From: Lysobacterales bacterium
GTDB taxonomy: Bacteria; Pseudomonadota; Gammaproteobacteria; Xanthomonadales; Xanthomonadaceae
Length of the DNA stretch: 64,000 bases
NCBI GenBank assembly: GCA_019510125.1
Contig: JAEKKX010000005.1
Location: 46,009-110,008, forward strand
Direction: 5' to 3'
In this document: positions 22,357-35,779 of the stretch, in pieces
Layout: each line of letters begins with the position of its first letter
How positions within the stretch are numbered: position 1 is the stretch's first letter
Program-made: the position numbers and the translations under genes
Notes under the pieces: generated by a model
The model's input: only the letters and a program-made list of their open reading frames with translations
The model's database searches: none
What the model was told of the DNA's origin: nothing

Positions 22357-22884
22357 TCAACGCGCCTTCGTCGTGGTCCGGCTCTCGCCGCCGAGGCTGC
22401 GCACCTCGCCCATGCTGCGGATCAGCCGCTCGGTGCCGGTGGATTCGACCGTCACCCAGCGGCCGATCTTCAGCGTCGAACGCAGCTTGACCGTGGCCTG
22501 CCGGTGGTCCGGCGACAGGGTCACCGATTCGATCGTGTACTTGACGTCCGGCGCGGTCCTGGTCGGCTTGGCGATCTTGTACAGTGCCTGCATCGCCGAT
22601 TCGGTCTCCCGGCAGGCGGTCTCGCGGTCGAGTTCGACCCGGCCACCGCCGCCGATCCCGGAACTGGTGTCCACCAGGCGGTAGTCTTCGGCCATCGCCC
22701 GGCACAGGATCTTGGCGTCCAGCCGGCGCAGCGCGTTGACCTCGTCCTGGTAATGGGCGTAGACCAGCTCCTCGTCGAGCAGGCTCGCCTCCCTGCGGAT
22801 CCAGAACAGCCCACCGATCGCGACGATCAGCACGCCCGCGCTCAGCATCCACTTGACCATCGCGAGCCTCCCCGGCTCCTCCAT
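22357..22884 (-). CDS. Hypothetical membrane-anchored protein (one N-terminal TM, about 140-aa soluble domain)
   Basis: A 175-aa ORF (alternative start MVKWML at 22860). The TM segment is [17 protein letters not shown]. Composition is balanced and no family is recognised. Confidence 0.55.
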   Translation of the reverse strand: MEEPGRLAMVKWMLSAGVLIVAIGGLFWIRREASLLDEELVYAHYQDEVNALRRLDAKILCRAMAEDYRLVDTSSGIGGGGRVELDRETACRETESAMQALYKIAKPTRTAPDVKYTIESVTLSPDHRQATVKLRSTLKIGRWVTVESTGTERLIRSMGEVRSLGGESRTTTKAR

Positions 22885-22970
22885 TCCCCGGGCGGGATCA
22901 TAGCGCAGCGGCGAGCCGCTTCAGCGGGGTCGCGCCGCCGCCCGGCCGGCCCCGGAGACGGGGCCGCGGA

Positions 22971-24566
<1,596 letters not shown>

Positions 24567-24594
24567 GTCGGAATCCCGGGAAGCTTTGTTCTGC

Positions 24595-24672
24595 CGTCAT
24601 CCCGGCGAAAGCCGGGACCCAGCTTCGAATGACCACAGCAAAAGCGGGGTTCCGGCTTTCGCCGGAATGACG
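24595..24672. repeat. Inverted pair of REP-like elements between guaA and guaB
   Basis: The arms are cgtcatcccggcgaaagccgggaccc (24595-24620) and ggggttccggctttcgccggaatgacg (24646-24672). There are 2 mismatches between arms, and each arm is itself a hairpin (ccggc-gaaa-gccgg). Confidence 0.75.
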
Positions 24673-24720
24673 AACCGCTTTGTTCCGTGATGCTCGATCA
24701 AACCGATGTTCGACCGGACC

Positions 24721-27570
<2,850 letters not shown>

Positions 27571-27574
<4 letters not shown>

Positions 27575-27825
27575 CGCGCGCGCCCGCGGCCGAGGGCCAG
27601 CCACCAGGCCACGCCGACGGGGATCAGGAAGATCGCCGCCTGGATCGGCAGCTCTTCGCCGAGCCCATAGCCGTGGGACAGGCCCGTGCGCAGGTTCCAG
27701 CCGACCGCGCCGAGCCAACCGAGGCTGAAGGCGCCGGCGGCCATCCGGCGGCGCGCGGGCGGGGAAAGACGGAGGGCGGCGAAGGCCACCGCAAGTCCGG
27801 CGAGGATGAAGATCAGGGTGCGCAT
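27571..27825 (-). CDS. Small membrane protein (84 aa, 3 hydrophobic segments), translationally coupled to the ltrA-like gene
   Basis: Starts at ATG 27825 (MRTLIFILAGLAVAFAAL...). Its stop TGA at 27571-27573 overlaps the ltrA ATG in an ATGA arrangement. Confidence 0.5.
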
Positions 27826-27954
27826 GGGGTGGGCCTCGGCGTGCGTGCGGCACGCGCGTGTGCGTCGAAGGTCGTCGGAGTCTGTCGCAATCGGGCGCGC
27901 GCCGCACCCGCCCCGTGCAATCCGCACGGCGGCGGACGCGCGCCATCCCCGGGA

Positions 27955-28734
27955 TCAGCGCGTGGTGTAGCCGCCGTTGGCGAACAGGGTCTGGCCGGTG
28001 ATCCACCAGCCGTCGGTGGCGAGGAAGGTCACGATCGGCGCGATGTCCTGGATGTCGGTCAGCCCCTTGCGCGAATAAGCGCTGAGCGCCGCCGCCGAGG
28101 CGTGGTAGGCCGTGGACTGCGCGCTTTCCTGGCCGTAGAAGAACGGCGTGTCCATCGGCCCCGGCCCGATCGCGTTGACGCTGATGCCGCGGCGGCCGAA
28201 TTCCTTGGACGCGGCGCGGGTGTAGTGCTCGACCGGGGCCTTGCTGCCCGGATAGACGGCGTAGGAATCGGTGTACGCCGCCAGCAGCGAGCTGACGATG
28301 GTGATGATCTTGCCGCGGTCGGCCAGGGACCGTCCCGCCTGCTGGATGAAGAAGAAGGCCGCCTTCGAATTGGCGTCGAAGCTGCGCTCGTAATCGGCCT
28401 CGGTCACCTCCAGGATCGGCTTCTTGATCACCACGCCGACGGTGTTCACGGCGATGTCGATGGCGCCGAACTTCGCCTTGGCCTGGTCGAACAGCGCGAC
28501 CACGTTGTCGACCACCGACAGATCGCCCTGGAACAACAGAGTGCGGGCGCCCTTGACCTGCAGCTCGGCGGCGGTGCGCTCGGCCTGCTCGCGCGAGGCG
28601 TCGCCGTTGTAGTGGATCACGATCGCGCGCGCCCCGGCATCGGCGAATCCATGGGCGATCAGGGCCCCGAGGTTCTTGCCGCCGCCGGCGATCACGGCGA
28701 CTTTGTCCTGCAGGGTGTTGGGGCGTTCGGTCAT
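27955..28734 (-). CDS. Short-chain dehydrogenase/reductase (SDR) family oxidoreductase
   Basis: A 259-aa ORF with cofactor motif VIAGGGKNLG and active-site YxxxK (YPGSK). Confidence 0.85.
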   Translation of the reverse strand: MTERPNTLQDKVAVIAGGGKNLGALIAHGFADAGARAIVIHYNGDASREQAERTAAELQVKGARTLLFQGDLSVVDNVVALFDQAKAKFGAIDIAVNTVGVVIKKPILEVTEADYERSFDANSKAAFFFIQQAGRSLADRGKIITIVSSLLAAYTDSYAVYPGSKAPVEHYTRAASKEFGRRGISVNAIGPGPMDTPFFYGQESAQSTAYHASAAALSAYSRKGLTDIQDIAPIVTFLATDGWWITGQTLFANGGYTTR

Positions 28735-28827
28735 GGTGCGGCTCCGGTGCGGATGACGGGGGAAGGGCCCCGCCCGCGGCGGAACCGGGCGCTATGATGG
28801 AGACGGGTCCGCCCGCAGGCTTCCAGA

Positions 28828-29742
28828 ATGTCCGCCCCGTTTGCGAAATCTCCGGCGCGTCCGCCGACACCGGCCGCAGCGCCCCCGTTCGAGGTGCTGG
28901 CGCATGCGCAGTGGCAGGGGCTGGAGCTGCTGTGGTGCCGGGAGGACATCCGCACGCCGACGCAGTGGGCGATCCACGCGCCGAGGCACACGGTCATCGT
29001 CCATCTGGGCGGCGGCATGCGTTCGCTGGAAACCGAGATCGAAGGACTGGGCGCGGCGCACGGACCGCCCGCGCCCGGCGACATCTGGCTGGTCCCGGCC
29101 GGGGCGCAGTACCACGGGCAGGCGAAGGGCACGGTCATCTCGTATGCCGAACTGCGGGTCGCCCCCGAGGCCGGCGTCGCGCTGCCGGGGGCGGCCGGCG
29201 CCGAGCTCGGATCGCTGGGCGGCCGGCTCGCGCACCGGGACGAGTTCTTCCTTGCGCTGGTCGCGCGCCTGGCGCGGCTGGCGCGCGAGCCCGACGATCT
29301 GTCCGCGATGATGGCCGAAGGCCTGCAGGACGCGCTGCGCCAGCACCTCTTCCGCGATTACCGGGCCGCGCTCGTCCGCGAGGCGCCGCCGCGCGGCGAT
29401 GCGCTCTCCGCGCTGCAGTCGAGACGGCTCTCGGACTACATCGAGGCCCGGCTCGACCGCCGCATCCGGCTGGACGACCTCGCCGAGGTCGCGGGCATGA
29501 GCGTGCACCGCCTGCTGGTCGCGTTCCGCATGCGTTTCGGCAGCACGCCGATGCAGTACATCCTGGAAAGACGACTGCGCCAGGCGCGCTGGCAGTTGCT
29601 GAACACGGATCGACCGATCCTGGAGATCGCCATGGCCTGCGGTTTCAGCAGCCACGGCCATTTCACCGCGACGTTCCGGCGCGCGACCGGGACGACACCG
29701 CAGCGGTTCCGCGGCGGGCTGCGGACGCGCGCCGCGGACTGA
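28828..29742 (+). CDS. AraC family transcriptional regulator (cupin-like N-terminus, HTH C-terminus)
   Basis: A 304-aa ORF whose C-terminal region reads LAEVAGMSVHRLLVAFRMRFGSTPMQYILERRLRQARWQLLNTDRPILEIAMACGFSSHGHFTATFRR. It is divergent from the SDR gene. Confidence 0.88.
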   Translation: MSAPFAKSPARPPTPAAAPPFEVLAHAQWQGLELLWCREDIRTPTQWAIHAPRHTVIVHLGGGMRSLETEIEGLGAAHGPPAPGDIWLVPAGAQYHGQAKGTVISYAELRVAPEAGVALPGAAGAELGSLGGRLAHRDEFFLALVARLARLAREPDDLSAMMAEGLQDALRQHLFRDYRAALVREAPPRGDALSALQSRRLSDYIEARLDRRIRLDDLAEVAGMSVHRLLVAFRMRFGSTPMQYILERRLRQARWQLLNTDRPILEIAMACGFSSHGHFTATFRRATGTTPQRFRGGLRTRAAD

Positions 29743-29755
29743 CCCGCGCCGGGGG

Positions 29756-30616
29756 TCAGTCGCGCGCGGCTTCGGCCGCTTCCAGGGTGTTCTGCATCAG
29801 GGTGGCGACGGTCATCGGGCCGACTCCGCCGGGGACCGGGGTGATCCAGCTCGCGCGCGCCGCGGCCGCCGCGAACTGGACGTCGCCGACCAGCCGGCCG
29901 TCGTCAAGGCGGTTGATGCCGACGTCGATCACCACCGCGCCGGGCTTCACCCAGTCGCCCGGGATCAGTCCCGGACGGCCGACCGCGACCACCAGGATGT
30001 CGGCCTCGCCCACGTGCCGGCGCAGCACCTCCGGCGGCGTGAACTTGTGGCAACTGGTGACGGTGCAGCCGGCGATCAGCAGCTCCAGCGCCATCGGCCG
30101 GCCGACGTGGTTGCTGACGCCGACGATGGTCGCGCTCTGGCCGCGCACCGGGCGGTCGGTGTAGGCCAGCAGGGTCGTGATCCCGCGCGGGGTGCAGGGG
30201 CGCAGGCCGAACTGGCGCAGCGCGAGGTGGCCGACGTTCTCGGGATGGAAGCCGTCGACGTCCTTGCGCGGGTCGATGCGGTGGATCAGCCGGGTCGCGT
30301 CCGGGATGCCCGGCAGAGGCAATTGCACCAGGATGCCGTGGACCGCCGGGTCGGCGTTGAGGCGGTCGATCAGCGCCAGCAGTTCGGCCTCGGTGGTGCC
30401 CGACGGCAGGTCGAAGTCGAAGGCCTGGATGCCGACCTTCTCCGCCGCCCGGCGCTTGTTGCGCACGTAGGACTGCGAGGCCGGATCGCTGCCGACCAGC
30501 ACCACCGCCAGCCCCGGCCGGGCCTTGCCGGCGGCCAGCCGGGCGTCGACCTGGGCGCGCAGGTCGTCCAGCAGCGAGTCGGCGATGCGTTTGCCGTCGA
30601 GGATGCGTGCGGTCAT
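29756..30616 (-). CDS. folD: Bifunctional methylenetetrahydrofolate dehydrogenase/methenyltetrahydrofolate cyclohydrolase
   Basis: A 286-aa ORF with [25 protein letters not shown] and [14 protein letters not shown]. Confidence 0.96.
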   Translation of the reverse strand: MTARILDGKRIADSLLDDLRAQVDARLAAGKARPGLAVVLVGSDPASQSYVRNKRRAAEKVGIQAFDFDLPSGTTEAELLALIDRLNADPAVHGILVQLPLPGIPDATRLIHRIDPRKDVDGFHPENVGHLALRQFGLRPCTPRGITTLLAYTDRPVRGQSATIVGVSNHVGRPMALELLIAGCTVTSCHKFTPPEVLRRHVGEADILVVAVGRPGLIPGDWVKPGAVVIDVGINRLDDGRLVGDVQFAAAAARASWITPVPGGVGPMTVATLMQNTLEAAEAARD

Positions 30617-30687
30617 GCGGGTCGGGAGAGCGTCGGGGCCGGCTATTATCCCCGATCATCCCCCGCCCCGCCCGGGAAAACGCCGCC

Positions 30688-30990
30688 ATGGACCCGAACA
30701 CCGTCACCGAGCTCGAAGCCGCGGCCTTCCGCCGCCTGCGCGACCACCTCGTGCGCGAGCGCGCCGACGTGCAGAACATCGACCTGATGATCCTCGCCGG
30801 CTTCTGCCGCAACTGCCTCGCCGACTGGTACCGCGAGGCCGCCGCCGGGCGCGGGATCGAGTTGTCGAAGGACGCCGCGCGCGAGGCCGTCTACGGCATG
30901 CCGTTCGCCCAGTGGAAGGCGCAGCACCAGCGCGAGGCCACGCCCGAACAACTGGCGGCGTTCGAGGCCGCCGCCAGGCGCCACGCATGA
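30688..30990 (+). CDS. DUF1244 family protein
   Basis: Starts at ATG 30688 (MDPNTVTELEAAAFRRLRDHL...GFCRNCLADWY). It is 100 aa and the family call is from memory. Confidence 0.65.
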   Translation: MDPNTVTELEAAAFRRLRDHLVRERADVQNIDLMILAGFCRNCLADWYREAAAGRGIELSKDAAREAVYGMPFAQWKAQHQREATPEQLAAFEAAARRHA

Positions 30991-30997
30991 CCCCGCC

Positions 30998-31768
30998 GTG
31001 CGCGTCTTCCTGATCGTCGTCGCGACCGTCGCGCTGCTCGCCTACGTCGGCGCCTGCTGGTTCCTCTACAGCCGCCAGCGCGAACTGATCTACTACGGCT
31101 GGGCGACGACGGTCGATGCCCGCGACACCGACTACGCCCTGCGCCGGCCCGACGCGACGCTGCGCGGCTGGGTCGTGCATCCGGAGGCCGGCGCGCCGAT
31201 CCTCTACTTCGGCGGCAACGCCGAGCACGTCGAACACAATCGCGACGCCTTCGCCCGGCTGTTCCCCGGCCGCAGCCTGTATTTCCTGGCCTATCGCGGC
31301 TACGGCGCCAGCGACGGCGCGCCGTCGCAGGACGCGCTGGTGGCGGACGCGGTGGCGTTCTTCGACGACGTGCAGGCGCGCCACCCCGGGCAGCCCATCG
31401 ACGTCGTCGCGCGCAGCCTCGGCACCGGCGTCGCCAGCCAGCTCGCGGCGCGCCGCCCGCTGGCGCGGCTCGCGCTGGTCACGCCGTTCGACAGCCTGCT
31501 CGCGACCTCGCGGGCGCACTACCCGCTGTTCCCGGTGCGCTGGCTGCTGAAGGACAGCTTCGACTCGGCGACGGCGCTGCAGCGTTTCCGCGGGCCGCTG
31601 CTGATCGTGCACGGCGGCCGCGACGCGGTGGTGCCCGAAGCGAACACGCAGGCGCTGATCGCCGCGCTGCCGCAGCGGCCGACCGTGGTCCGCATCCCGA
31701 CCGCGGACCACGACGACATCGCCGGGCATCCGGAATTCGCGCCGGCGCTGGCGGCGTTCCTGCGCTGA
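30998..31768 (+). CDS. Alpha/beta-fold hydrolase with N-terminal membrane anchor
   Basis: A 256-aa ORF with a GTG start and an N-terminal TM. It has a nucleophile elbow VARSLGTGVA (small-x-Ser-x-Gly) and C-terminal VHGGRD...ADHDD consistent with the Asp/His of a triad. Confidence 0.75.
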   Translation: MRVFLIVVATVALLAYVGACWFLYSRQRELIYYGWATTVDARDTDYALRRPDATLRGWVVHPEAGAPILYFGGNAEHVEHNRDAFARLFPGRSLYFLAYRGYGASDGAPSQDALVADAVAFFDDVQARHPGQPIDVVARSLGTGVASQLAARRPLARLALVTPFDSLLATSRAHYPLFPVRWLLKDSFDSATALQRFRGPLLIVHGGRDAVVPEANTQALIAALPQRPTVVRIPTADHDDIAGHPEFAPALAAFLR

Positions 31769-31780
31769 GGACGCGGCGCG

Positions 31781-32674
31781 CTAGTCGCGCAGCTTGAGCA
31801 GCGCCACCCAGGCCTTGGCATTCAGGCTGCAGGCGCGCTCCTCGTTCATCCGGCACGGTGCGTCGTCGGCGGTCGCGGCCGGCGGCACGAAACGGCCGGA
31901 TGCGTTCAACGGCAGCTTGCGCATCATCACCGTCTGCATGAGGTTGCCGCCGATCGTGTAGAGCTTGCTGTCGCCGTCGAGATCGACGCCGACCACGATG
32001 TCGCAGTGCGTCTTCAGGCTGCCGCCGCCCTGGTCGAAGAAGGCGACCAGCCCCCGGTAGTCCGCCACCCGCGCCTCCCGCGAATAGCACAGCAGGTCGC
32101 CGACCTCGGGACGCTCGCGCCAGGGCGCGACCAGGCGGTAGCGCCGGCGCGGGGACGTGGAGGCGTAGGCGTCGCGCATGTAGACGATGTGTTCGGCCGA
32201 AGACGCGAAATCCTCGACCCCGGCGCGTTTCATCACGTAGGACACGAACGCGGCGGACCACGGATGGTCGAGGATGAACGCGCGGCAGGCGGCGCTGTCC
32301 TGCCAGGCGCCCGAGAGCGCCTCGCATTCCTTCGCGCCGTTGGCGCGGCGCAGGCCGTCCAGCGCCGGCGTGCGCCGCCAGTACTCGGCCACGCGCTGCC
32401 ACGGCGGCGTCCCGCTCGCGAGCCGCTCCGCGCCGCCTTCGGCCTCCATCGGCACGCGCCCGTCCTGCCAGCCGACGCGGCCCTCGGCGTTGATGAACGG
32501 CGCGTACCAGTCCGCGTGTTCGCGACACGCCGCCTCGGCGATGCGCAGGCGCAGGCCGGTCGGCTGCCGCGGACCGTCGTGGAATTCGCAGGGCCGGACG
32601 CTTGCGCCGGCGCGCGCGGACAGCGCCAGCGCCGCGAAGACCACCAGGGACAGGCCGCGCGATGACAGCCGCAT
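31781..32674 (-). CDS. Secreted DUF2272-like protein
   Basis: A 297-aa ORF with a signal peptide (MRLSSRGLSLVVFAALALSARA) and the conserved core PWSAAFVSYVM...HCDIVV...IGGN. The family call is from memory. Confidence 0.6.
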   Translation of the reverse strand: MRLSSRGLSLVVFAALALSARAGASVRPCEFHDGPRQPTGLRLRIAEAACREHADWYAPFINAEGRVGWQDGRVPMEAEGGAERLASGTPPWQRVAEYWRRTPALDGLRRANGAKECEALSGAWQDSAACRAFILDHPWSAAFVSYVMKRAGVEDFASSAEHIVYMRDAYASTSPRRRYRLVAPWRERPEVGDLLCYSREARVADYRGLVAFFDQGGGSLKTHCDIVVGVDLDGDSKLYTIGGNLMQTVMMRKLPLNASGRFVPPAATADDAPCRMNEERACSLNAKAWVALLKLRD

Positions 32675-32681
32675 GTCGCGC

Positions 32682-33821
32682 TCAGCCCGCGCCCGCGCAG
32701 AACGCGGCGTAGTCGATGTAGCCGGGGAACGCGCGTGCCGGCGCGCAGACCGGGCAGTCGGGGTCGGGCGACAGCCGCAGTTCGCGGAAACGCATCGCCA
32801 GCGCGTCGAACTGCAGCAGCCGGCCGGTCAGCGGCGCGCCGAGGCCGAGCAGCAGCTTCAGCGCCTCGGTCGCCTGCAGCAGGCCGATCACGCCCGGCAG
32901 CACGCCGAGCACGCCGGCCTCCGCGCAATTCGGCGCATCCTCGGCCGACGGCGGCTCCGGGAACAGGCAGCGATAGCACGGCGCCGCGCCGCGATGGCGG
33001 CCGGCGTCGAACACGCTGGCCTGGCCCTCGAAGCGGTGCACCGCGCCGTAGACCAGCGGCTTGCCGAGCTTCACGCAGGCGTCGTTGAGCAGGTAGCGCG
33101 CGGCGAAGTTGTCGGCGCCGTCGATCACCACGTCGACGCCGTCGAGCAGGCGTTCGACGTTGTCGGAGGTCACCCGTTCGCGCACCGACTCGATGACCGT
33201 GCGCGGGTTCAGCGCCGACAGCGCCGCCGCCGCGGACTCGACCTTCGGCAGGCCGATGCCGGCGTCGGTGTGCAGGATCTGGCGCTGCAGGTTGCTGCGA
33301 TCGACCACGTCGTCGTCGGCGATGCGCAGCCGACCGACGCCGGCGGCGGCGAGATAGAACGCCGCGGGCGAGCCCAGCCCGCCCGCGCCGACCAGCAGCA
33401 CGCGCGCGGCCTGCAGGCGCCGCTGGCCGTCGATGCCGATCTGCGGCAGGCGCAGGTGGCGCGAATAGCGCTCGGCGAAGTCGGCGTCGATGCCGGTGTC
33501 GGGCCGCTCCGTCGGCAGGCCCTCCGCGATCCAGCGCGCGGTGCCGCCTGCGACCGAAGCCACGTTCGCGTAGCCCTGCGCCGCCAGCGCGGTCGCGGCG
33601 ATCATCGAGCGCCCGCCGCTCTGGCAGATCAGCACGATCGCGGCGTCGCGGTCCGGCAGGTGCGCGGCCGGCTCGGCGAGCAGCGCGCCCATCGGCACGC
33701 CGAGCGCGCCTTCGGCCATGCCGGTGGCGTGTTCGTGCGGTTCGCGCACGTCGATCAGCAGCGCGCCGCCGCGCTGGCGCTCGCGGGCTTCTTCGGGGCC
33801 GGGTTCGGCGATCGCGGTCAT
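32682..33821 (-). CDS. moeB: Molybdopterin-synthase adenylyltransferase (ThiF/MoeB family) with an N-terminal rhodanese domain
   Basis: ATG 33821 has GGGAGA about 9 nt upstream. The rhodanese active-site loop is VLICQSGGRS, followed by the ThiF motifs VLLVGAGGLGSPAAFYLAAAGVG and DRSNLQRQ, plus Cys pairs CYRC and CPVC. Confidence 0.85.
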   Translation of the reverse strand: MTAIAEPGPEEARERQRGGALLIDVREPHEHATGMAEGALGVPMGALLAEPAAHLPDRDAAIVLICQSGGRSMIAATALAAQGYANVASVAGGTARWIAEGLPTERPDTGIDADFAERYSRHLRLPQIGIDGQRRLQAARVLLVGAGGLGSPAAFYLAAAGVGRLRIADDDVVDRSNLQRQILHTDAGIGLPKVESAAAALSALNPRTVIESVRERVTSDNVERLLDGVDVVIDGADNFAARYLLNDACVKLGKPLVYGAVHRFEGQASVFDAGRHRGAAPCYRCLFPEPPSAEDAPNCAEAGVLGVLPGVIGLLQATEALKLLLGLGAPLTGRLLQFDALAMRFRELRLSPDPDCPVCAPARAFPGYIDYAAFCAGAG

Positions 33822-33900
33822 GGTCGGCATTCTCCCACGGGCGTCACGACGACGGGATCGCCCCCGCGCGGTCTTGCTGCGGCAGCGCGCGCCTGCCGGT

Positions 33901-35151
33901 TCAATACGCCAGCACGTCGACCACCGCGCCGGCATCGAGCGTCAGTGCGCCCTCGCCCAGCACGATCAGCGCGTCGGAATCGGCGGCGGCGCGCATGCGG
34001 TGCGAGCCGTCGGCGGGGTTGGGCTCGACGCACAGCGCGCCGTCGTCGGCGCAGGCCAGCCGGCCGCGCAGGAACTCGAGCCGATCGTGGGTCTTGCGCC
34101 ACGGCGCGCGCAGGCGGGCGCGCAGCCGCGGGCGGGCGTCGGTGCGGCCCTGCAATTCATCGAGCAGCGTGCGGCCGAGCGTCAGGTACGTCGCCAGCAC
34201 GGACACCGGATTGCCCGGCAGGCCCAGGAACAGCGCGTCGCCGAGGCCGCCGCTGCCGGGATTGTCCAGCGCCGAATGCGAGCCGGCGAACAGCACCGGC
34301 ATGCCGGGCTTCATCCGCACCTTCCAGAAGTGGATCACGCCCTCGCGCCGGAACAGCTCGGGCAGATGGTCCTTCTCGCCGGCGGACACGCCGCCGCAGG
34401 TGATCACCACGTCGAAGGCGTGGCCGGCGTGGCGCAGCGCGGTCGCGACGGCGTCGGGATCGTCCGGCAGCCGCGGCCACGCCACCGGCTCGAAGCCGTC
34501 GGCGCGCAGCAGGCCCATCAGCAGTTCGCGGTTGCTGTCGTACAGCTCGCCCGGGCGCAGCGGCAGGCCGGGCTCGACCAGTTCGTCGCCGGTGGTGAAC
34601 ACCGCCACCGTGGGTCGCCTGGCCACGTCGAGCCGATCCATGCCCTGCCCCGCGGCCAGCGCGACGCGCGAGGGCGTCAGCACCTGCCCGGCCGACAGCA
34701 GCGCGTCGCCGACGCGCACGTCCTCGCCGGCGCGGCGCACGTGCTGGCCCGGCCTGGGCGGGACGCGCACGGTCACGCGCTCCGCGTCGAGGCCCGTGTT
34801 CTCCTTCATCACCACCGTGTCCGCACCCGCCGGCAGCGGCGCGCCGGTGGTGATCCGCAGGCACTCGCCGGGGCCGACGGCGCGATCGCCCGCGGGCCCG
34901 GCGAACTGCTCGCCGACCAAGCGCAGCGTCGTCTCGCCGTCCGCGGCCAGATCCGCGTGCCGGAACGCGAAACCGTCCATCGCCGAATTGTCGAAGCCGG
35001 GCTGGTCGATCGCGGCGACGAGGTCCTGCGCCAGCACGCGGCCGTGGCTGCGCGCCAGCGCGACGCGCTCCGCGGGCAGGCGCCGGTCCGCGGCCACGCG
35101 CGCGAGGATCGCGCGGGCGTCGTCGAAGCCGATGCGGGTCGGAAAGGTCAT
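33901..35151 (-). CDS. moeA: Molybdopterin molybdotransferase
   Basis: A 416-aa ORF with FDNSAMDGFA, TTGAPLP, TTGDEL and GLPGNPVS. Confidence 0.93.
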   Translation of the reverse strand: MTFPTRIGFDDARAILARVAADRRLPAERVALARSHGRVLAQDLVAAIDQPGFDNSAMDGFAFRHADLAADGETTLRLVGEQFAGPAGDRAVGPGECLRITTGAPLPAGADTVVMKENTGLDAERVTVRVPPRPGQHVRRAGEDVRVGDALLSAGQVLTPSRVALAAGQGMDRLDVARRPTVAVFTTGDELVEPGLPLRPGELYDSNRELLMGLLRADGFEPVAWPRLPDDPDAVATALRHAGHAFDVVITCGGVSAGEKDHLPELFRREGVIHFWKVRMKPGMPVLFAGSHSALDNPGSGGLGDALFLGLPGNPVSVLATYLTLGRTLLDELQGRTDARPRLRARLRAPWRKTHDRLEFLRGRLACADDGALCVEPNPADGSHRMRAAADSDALIVLGEGALTLDAGAVVDVLAY

Positions 35152-35753
35152 GGCGTGGCGCGTGTCGGGAGGGGATCGAAGCCGGCGGCGCGCAGGTCGT
35201 CGGGGGTGTTGAGGTTACCGAAGCGGAAGCCGCTGAACACCACCGCCGCCAGATCGAGGCGTTCCCGCAGCGCACGCACGGCGCGCGCGTCCGCGGCGAT
35301 CGCCGCCGCGCAGGCGTCGCGCAGCGCGGCCACGCGCCACAGCGCGACCAGCGGCTGCGGGCCGTCGTCGTCCACCGCGAACGCGCCGTCGGCGCCGCGC
35401 TTCGACGCGAGGGTGCGGATCAGGCAGTCGTTGGCGCCGACCAGATCGACCGGCAGCGTGAGCAGCCACGGCGTCGCGCAGGCCGCGGCCAGCGCGTCGA
35501 GCCCGCAGAGCGGCCCGAGGCCGGGCGCGCGGTCGGCGACGACGGCCAGGCCCGCGGCGGCATGGCGATCCGGATCGCGATTCGCAGACACCAGCACCGC
35601 CGCATGCTCGCCCGGCCAGCGTCGGGCCCAGCGCAGCACCTGCGGCACGCCGCCGCGCGCCAGCCAGGCCTTGTCGAGGCCGCCGAGGCGCGAGGCGTTG
35701 CCGCCTGCGAGCAGGCCGAGGGTGAGGTCGGTGGGCGGGATCGGCGATGTCAC
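35148..35753 (-). CDS. mobA: Molybdenum cofactor guanylyltransferase
   Basis: Starts at GTG 35753 (VTSPIPPTDLTLGLLAGGNASRLGGLDKAWL...) and is 201 aa. Its stop overlaps the moeA ATG (ATGA). The upstream part of the track ORF is shadow over der. Confidence 0.85.
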   Translation of the reverse strand: MTSPIPPTDLTLGLLAGGNASRLGGLDKAWLARGGVPQVLRWARRWPGEHAAVLVSANRDPDRHAAAGLAVVADRAPGLGPLCGLDALAAACATPWLLTLPVDLVGANDCLIRTLASKRGADGAFAVDDDGPQPLVALWRVAALRDACAAAIAADARAVRALRERLDLAAVVFSGFRFGNLNTPDDLRAAGFDPLPTRATP

Positions 35754-35779
35754 GCGGGGGAGGCGGACCGGGGCCCGCC

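Noticed and set aside
30998-31768. The alpha/beta hydrolase as a possible inactive pseudoenzyme, because the elbow reads ARSLG instead of GxSxG
   Set aside because: A small residue (Ala) at the first elbow position is a common, functional variant. The nucleophile Ser and downstream Asp/His candidates are present, and the ORF is intact.
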